A DNA stretch of 53,327 nt from Prorocentrum cordatum (Eukaryota). The notes under the pieces are model-generated. The model was given only the letters and a program-made list of their open reading frames with translations. It was not told the origin of the DNA and searched no databases. The stretch's first letter is position 1. Each line of letters begins with the position of its first letter. Of this stretch, positions 46,185-53,327 are shown piece after piece. Position numbers and translations under genes: made by a program. Location: assembly GCA_963575745.1 (NCBI GenBank), contig CAUYUJ010000327.1:62001-115327 (forward strand). Reading direction: 5' to 3'.

Positions 46185-47045
46185 TCTCCTCTTCCTCCTC
46201 CTCCTCCTCCTCCTCCTCCTTCTCCCTCCCCCTCCCCCTCCTCCTCTTTCTCCTCCTCCTCCTTCACCTCCTCCTCCTCCTCCTCCTCCTTCCTCCTCCT
46301 CCCCTTCTCCTTCCCTCCTCCCGCCCCCTCCTCCTCCTCCTCTCGCCTTCTCATCCAACTCCTTCTCCTTCCTCCTGCTCCTGCTCTTCTCTCCTCCTCC
46401 TCCTCCTCCTCCTCCTCCTCCTGCTTCACTTATCCTCCCCTCCGTCTTCCTCCTCCTCACTACTCCTTCTCCTCCTCCTCCTCCCTCCCCCACCCCCTCT
46501 CTCCGCCACTCCTCCTCCTCCTGCTCCTGCTCCTCCTCTCCTCATCCTCCTCCTCCTCCGCCTTCTCCTCCAACTCCTTCTAGTCCTCTCCTCCTCCTCC
46601 GCCCTGCTCCTGCTCTCTCCTCCTCCTCGCCAACTCCTCCTCCCTCCTCCTCCTACCTCCTACTCCTTCCTCCTCCTGCTCCTCCTCCTCCTCCTCCTCC
46701 TCCTCCTCCTCCTCTTCGCCAACTCCTCCGGCACCTCCTCCTCCTCCTCCTCCTTCTTCTCGCTCTTCTCCTCCCTTCTCTCAGCTCCTCCCCTCCGCCC
46801 TCCCATCCTCCTCCGCGACTCCCTCCTCCTCCACCTCCTCCTCGCTCCTCTTCCTTTTTTCCTCATCCTCCTCCTCCCCTCCTCCCTCCTCCTCCTCCGC
46901 AACTCTCCTGCTCCTCCGCCAACATCTCATCCTCTCCTTCTCCTCCTCCTCTTTCTCATCCTCCTCCTCCGCCAACTCCTCCGCCAACTCCCCCTCCTCC
47001 CCCTCCTCCTCCTCCTCCTCCTCCTCCTCCTCCTTCTCCTCCGCA
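45815..47045. repeat. (CT)n followed by a degenerate (CCT)n tract
   Basis: Directly visible. Confidence 0.9.
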
Positions 47046-47745
47046 CCCGCGGAGGTGCGATCTGCTTTGGCCGCACGCGCCGGATGGCTCGGGCCTCGTT
47101 GGCCCAGCGATCCTCGCAGGACAGCATGCTGCGCCGCTGCGCATACCCAGAGAAGAAGGTCGGCCGGCGAGCCCGGGGGGGGAAGTGAGAGGGGGCAGGC
47201 CTTCTCAGAGGGCGGCGGGGCCTCCAAGGAGCCCTCGCGCCTTCTTGAGAAGCTCTGCGGGCTTTCTCCGAGGCCGCAGGCGGCTTCTCAGAAGGCGCGA
47301 GGGCTGCTGAGAAGCCCCGCCGCCCTCTGAGAAGGCAGGCCCCCTCTCACCCCCCCTGGGCTCTCCGAGAGAAGCCGCAAGCATAATGCTTCGGAGCTCC
47401 CCGCGGAACTCTCGGATCGGCGCGTGGGCCCACATCGCCCGCACGTGCAGCTTGCGCACGGGAGCTCCAATCCTCGCAGCTCAAATCCAGACAGCACGGG
47501 GTCCCGAGAGCCCCTGGGCTCCCGTGGAGCGCGGCCCCGCGAGCTGGCGGGCGCGAGACGCTTCACCGGCGGACCGCGCCGTCGCGGGCCGCTGCGCTGG
47601 CGGCGCCGCTTTGCTGGCGCACCGCTTCGCGGACGGGCGGCTTCGCCGGCTGGCCGCGCCGCCGGCGGAGCGCGGTCCGCCGGCAGGCCCGCATCAGTTG
47701 GAACCTAACGGGCGGGTCGGGCGGGCGAACCCTACCAATCGAGCG

Positions 47746-48733
47746 AGGTCGGGCCTGTCCCTCTACAGGAGGAATATCCAAAAATAGTCAAACAAAAATA
47801 GTATGGGGACGATGTTTTGAGTATTGCTTGATGTTTGAGTATTTCCCTACCTAGGCTCTGCCTAGAAGGGTTCTTACTGTGTTTGCTTAAAGGGGCGGGC
47901 AGTGGAACCCGCCCCGGGCGGTTCCCCCAGGATCCGCCCCGCGGTTCCCCCAGTTACGTCCCCTTAGCTTAGCGTTGCTTATCTCATCTTAGCTTAGCCT
48001 AGCTTAGCTTAGCCTAGCCTAGCCTAAGATAGCTTCGCTTAGCTTAGTCTAGCCTAGCTTAGCTTACTTTAGCTTACCTTAGCTTTGCACAGCTTAGCTT
48101 AGCGCAGCGCAGCATTAGCATAGCAAAGCATAGCATATCGTAGCACAGCATAGCATAGCATAGCATGCGCAGCATAGCATAGCGCAGCATAGCATAGCAT
48201 AGCATAGCGCAGCATAACACGGCATAGCATCGCATAGCATAGTTTAGCGTAGCATAGCACAGCGCAGCACAGCACAGCATAACATAGCATATCATAACAT
48301 AGTAGAGCATAGCATAGCATAGCGCAGTATAGCATAGCATAGCGTAGCATAGCATAGCATGGCGCAGCATAGCACAGCATAAGATAGCATAGCATAGCGC
48401 AGCATAGCATAGCGCAGCATAGCATAGCATTGCCTAGCCTAGCCTGGCCCAGCCCAGCATAGCATTGCGCAGCATAGCATAGCATAGCATAGCATAGCAT
48501 AGCATAGCATAGCGCAGCACAGCATCCACTATTGCTGTATCTATGTACTTATATGTGTGTGTGCGCACGTATGCTCCATGCATGGTGTCCGTCTGTGGGC
48601 CATCTTGAGCCCTACTAATGTTGCTTTCCTAGAGGCTCCAACTCCTAGGTAGGGTCGCACTGGGATAATGTTTGATTATCTGTTACTTGTCGTCCAAGAT
48701 CCGCGTGTAGAGGGACACGCCCGACCTAAACCT
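47746..48733. mobile_element. MITE of the 'aggtcgggcctgtccctct' family, copy 3, expanded by a (TAGCT/TAGCA)n satellite
   Basis: TIRs aggtcgggcctgtccctctaca / tgtagagggacacgcccgacct; pentanucleotide satellite at ~47963-48523. Confidence 0.75.
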
Positions 48734-50189
48734 AACGGGCGGGTCGTGCGGGCGAACCCTACGAATCGAGACGGGCGGGCGAACCATAACCCCGTGCCCC
48801 GGATAATAAAGCATCCCCCCTTAACATCTGAGAGTCGGTAATCCCAGGTCGAGACAGAGCTGGTCGGGAGAGAGGGGCGGCGAGACCGAGATTCAGCATC
48901 GCCGGGGGAACTACGAATTCTAGACGCTTCGCGTATCCCCACCACATGCGATGGTCACCGCGGTCGTCCCCACCCGACGGGTCGCTCGGCTGATCCTCTG
49001 GTCGCGTTGAGCTGCTGTTGCCTGCCCAAAGGGCGATCTAGGCGCCGACTCGCCGCCGGTCGCCACGGTGGTTTTGCCGTCGGGACGTCTACGCTGGCTT
49101 GAGCGGTCAATTTGGGTTTTGACCCTCGCACGTGCATACGTCACTGCGGCCAATTATCTTCGTTCGCGCCCCGTTCGTTGTTGACTCGCTTCTTGACCTT
49201 TGCCTTGGAGCCGCGACCAAAATAAAACGTATCCCCACCAGCGGCCCCACCGGCGGTAGGTTCAGATTCCGGGCTCGGCCGCTGTGCTCTTAGGCTAGCG
49301 CGTTGCTAAATTGACAGGCCCGTGGCCCGGACCTCTCAGCTCGGCGACTGCGAATCCGCGTCTTCCCCCACCCAAAAAAAAGTATCCCCACCAGCCCATT
49401 CAGAAACGATGTCCAGGCGAGTTGAGCAAAGAGGGGGACGGCCGAACAGTGTGAAGGAGAGAGGGGGGGCGAAAGAGAAAATTGGATGGATGGATGAGGG
49501 AGTGGGGAGAAGGAGGATGCAGAGGATGAGGAGGAGGAGGAGGCGGAGGGGGGGGGAGGAGGATGAGAAGGGATAGGAGGAGGAGGAAGAGAAGGAGGAG
49601 GAGGAGGAGGAGAAGGAGGAGGAGAGCAAGCAAAAGGGCCAGAGGTCTCTTGGATGTTTCTCGGAGCCTCTTGGGGTATCTCTTGGGCGTCTTGGGACGT
49701 CTTGGGGATCTCTTGGCGGTCGTGGGGGGCTCTTCGGCGTCTTGGGTGCCTCGGGGGGGCCTCGTTGGGCCGCTTGGGATCCTTTGGGGGGCCTCCAGGG
49801 GGCCTCTTGGGGGCATCTTGGGGCCATCTTGGGACCTCTTGGGGCCTCCTGGGGCCTCCTGGGCGCTTCTTGGGACCTCTTGAGGAGATCGATCAAACAA
49901 GACGGGAGCTTTAATTAGGGCCCCCCTACCCTCAGGAGGCCAACATGGGGCCAAAACCCTAGTAAAACCAATGATTGTGGCTTTCTCGTCGAGGCCGTCT
50001 TGGACGCTCCGACACTTCGCGGAACCCCCTGTCCATGTCCAGGGGAGGGGGTAGGGGGAGGGGTAAACTCTTCCCCGAAGGGGAAGAAGGAGGGGTGGAA
50101 GAGGAATCTCTCTAAACAACCTTGCCCCAGAGGGCTGATGGGATTGAGATTGCGGTTTTGTGATGTTGCGTAGCGTACGATACGTAATT

Positions 50190-50285
50190 CATCCTACTAC
50201 TAAGATTTGTTATTTCTACAGTACACGACGACGGCGGCTACGATCATTGCTATGACTACTACTACTACTACTACTACCACTACTA

Positions 50286-50339
<54 letters not shown>

Positions 50340-50444
50340 GTACTATTACTACCTCTACTACTACTTCTACTACTACTACTAATACTAATAATAATTCTAA
50401 GACTACTACTACCACTACTACTACTCCTACTACTACTACTACTG

Positions 50445-50478
<34 letters not shown>

Positions 50479-50693
50479 GACTACTACTACTACTACTACT
50501 GAACTACTACGACTACTACTACTACTTATTGCTGCTACTACTGCTTACTACTACTGCTACTACTACTACTACTACTACTACTACTAACGACTACTACTAC
50601 TACTAATACCTACATACCTACACTACTACTACGACTACTACTACCACTACTACTATTACTACTACTAACTACTAAAAAGAAAAAAAAAACCCC

Positions 50694-50742
<49 letters not shown>

Positions 50743-50791
50743 ACTACTACTACTACTAACTACTACTACTACTACTACTACTACGATTACG

Positions 50792-50838
<47 letters not shown>

Positions 50839-50844
50839 CGCTGG

Positions 50845-50880
<36 letters not shown>

Positions 50881-51099
50881 TACTACTACTTCTACTACTA
50901 CTACCACTACTACTACTACTGCTGCTACTACTACTACTACGACGACGACGACGACTACTACTACTACTGCTACTGCTATTGCTACTGCTACTGCTAATGC
51001 TACTGCTTTACATCTAATAGTAGTAGCAGTAGTAGTAGTAGTGATCGTAGTAGTCGTCGTAGTAGTAGTAGTAGTGGTAGTAGTAGTAGTAGTAATCCC

Positions 51100-51136
<37 letters not shown>

Positions 51137-51184
51137 GACTACTACTACTACTACTACTGTTACTACTACTACTACTACTACTGT

Positions 51185-51218
<34 letters not shown>

Positions 51219-51255
51219 GCAACAACAACTACTACTACTACTACTACTATTGCTA

Positions 51256-51305
<50 letters not shown>

Positions 51306-51382
51306 TCTACTACTAACTACTAACTACTATTACTACTACTACTACGACCACGATTACTGTTACTACTATTACCACTACTACG

Positions 51383-51414
<32 letters not shown>

Positions 51415-51448
51415 CACTACCACTACCAGTGCTACTCCTACGACGACG

Positions 51449-51479
<31 letters not shown>

Positions 51480-51517
51480 TTAGCGCTACTGCTACGACTG
51501 CGTCTACTACTTCTACG

Positions 51518-51552
<35 letters not shown>

Positions 51553-51612
51553 CACTACTACTACTACACCGACTACTCCTACCTCTACGGCTACTGCTAC
51601 TAATAGTACTAT

Positions 51613-51647
<35 letters not shown>

Positions 51648-51675
51648 GTGCTACTGCTACTACTACTACTACTTT

Positions 51676-51719
<44 letters not shown>

Positions 51720-51998
51720 TTTCTACTACTACTACTACTACTAATACTACTACTAACACTAGTACTACTACGACTACTACTACTGCTATTACTATTATTA
51801 CTACTACTACTTCTACTTCCACCACTACTACTACTACTAATACTATGACTACTACTACTGCGATTACTACGACGACGACTACGACTACTACGACTACTAC
51901 GACTACTACGACTACTACGACTACTACTACTCTTATTTTAACTACTACTACTACGACTACTACTACCACTACTACTACAACCACTACTACGGCCACTC

Positions 51999-52029
<31 letters not shown>

Positions 52030-52229
52030 CACTAATACTACTATTACTATTACGATTAATACTACTACAACTGCTACTACTATTACTATTACTACTACGT
52101 CTACGACGACGACTATTACTGATAATACCTCTACTACTGCTACTACTATTTCTGCTATTCCTAGGACTACTACTATTACGACTACTACTACATCTACTAC
52201 AACTACTACTACTACTACTACTACTATTT

Positions 52230-52277
<48 letters not shown>

Positions 52278-52278
52278 T

Positions 52279-52317
<39 letters not shown>

Positions 52318-52592
52318 TTACTACTACTACTACTACTACTACTACCACTACCACTACCACTACTACTACTACTACTACTACTTCTACTACTACTACTACT
52401 ACGATTACGACTACTACTACTACTACTACTACTATTTAGTATGACTACTACCTCTACGTCTACTACTCACACGGCGACTACGATTGCTACGAGTACTACC
52501 TTCCAGTACTACTACTACTACTACTACTAATACTGCTGCTACTACTACCACTACTACTACTACGACGACTACTACTACTACTACTTTACTAG

Positions 52593-52628
<36 letters not shown>

Positions 52629-52758
52629 CACTACTACGACTACTTCTACTACTGCGACAACTGCTGCTATTGCTACTGCTACTACCACGGCTACCACTAT
52701 TGCGGCTATTGCGACGACAACTATTGTTAGAACTACTACTACCACTACTACTTCCTCG

Positions 52759-52805
<47 letters not shown>

Positions 52806-53066
52806 GACTAATACTACTACTTTTACGACTACGACCTCGACTACAACTACTACGGCGACGACTACTATTACTACGACCACTACTACGACTGCTACTTCTA
52901 CGACTATTACTGCCACTACTACTACTACTACCACTTTTACTACTACTTGCACCACCACTACGAAAACGATTAATGAGACTACGACCTGCTACTCCGACTA
53001 TTCATGTTGCTACGACTACGACAACTACTATTGATCATACTTGTGATCGTACTATACTATTACTAT

Positions 53067-53099
<33 letters not shown>

Positions 53100-53106
53100 G
53101 ACTACG

Positions 53107-53150
<44 letters not shown>

Positions 53151-53256
53151 CACTCCTACACTTATTATTAGAACTACTAGTATGAGAACTACTACTACTA
53201 CTACTACTACTGTTGCTACTACTACTACTATTACTACTACTACGACTACTACGACG

Positions 53257-53290
<34 letters not shown>

Positions 53291-53291
53291 A

Positions 53292-53327
<36 letters not shown>
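50190..53327. repeat. >3-kb degenerate (TAC)n microsatellite with a short inverted (TAG)n patch at ~51015-51095
   Basis: Directly visible. Confidence 0.95.

Noticed and set aside
49383..50145. Possible TIR element (atccccaccagccc / gggctgatgggat)
   Set aside because: The inverted match is short and imperfect with no clear target duplication; left uncalled.

Overview
GC-rich, repeat-saturated eukaryotic DNA with dinoflagellate hallmarks: GC-AG introns with short junction repeats and a relict DinoSL spliced leader. Host genes: (i) a mitochondrial dicarboxylate/tricarboxylate (2-oxoglutarate/malate-type) carrier whose exons (8083-8392, 13557-13674, 14380-14839) rebuild an intact 295-aa protein only if a 5164-nt, inverted-repeat-bounded insert with no GT/GC/GA-AG ends is removed precisely; (ii) an intronless carbamate kinase (15619-16773) with a mitochondrial-type presequence and a relict spliced leader, probably a retrogene; (iii) a possible orphan Ala-rich gene and isolated exon candidates. 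Mobile DNA: a near full-length non-LTR retrotransposon (~26907-32688) with an unusual gene order. It has no upstream ORF1; an APE-RT-zinc finger ORF is followed by an overlapping 259-aa ORF and a structured 3' UTR. It sits in a (CCT)n tract inside a head-to-tail dimer of a Helitron2-like non-autonomous element (26451-35111). A second element with homologous ends (42513-45390) still carries the spliced 3' end of a Pif1-type helicase, which links the family to rolling-circle transposons. The rest is MITEs (three flanked by unusually long 16-42 bp direct repeats), minisatellites (73, 89, ~100, 348 bp) and multi-kb trinucleotide tracts. All calls are by eye; no searches were run.
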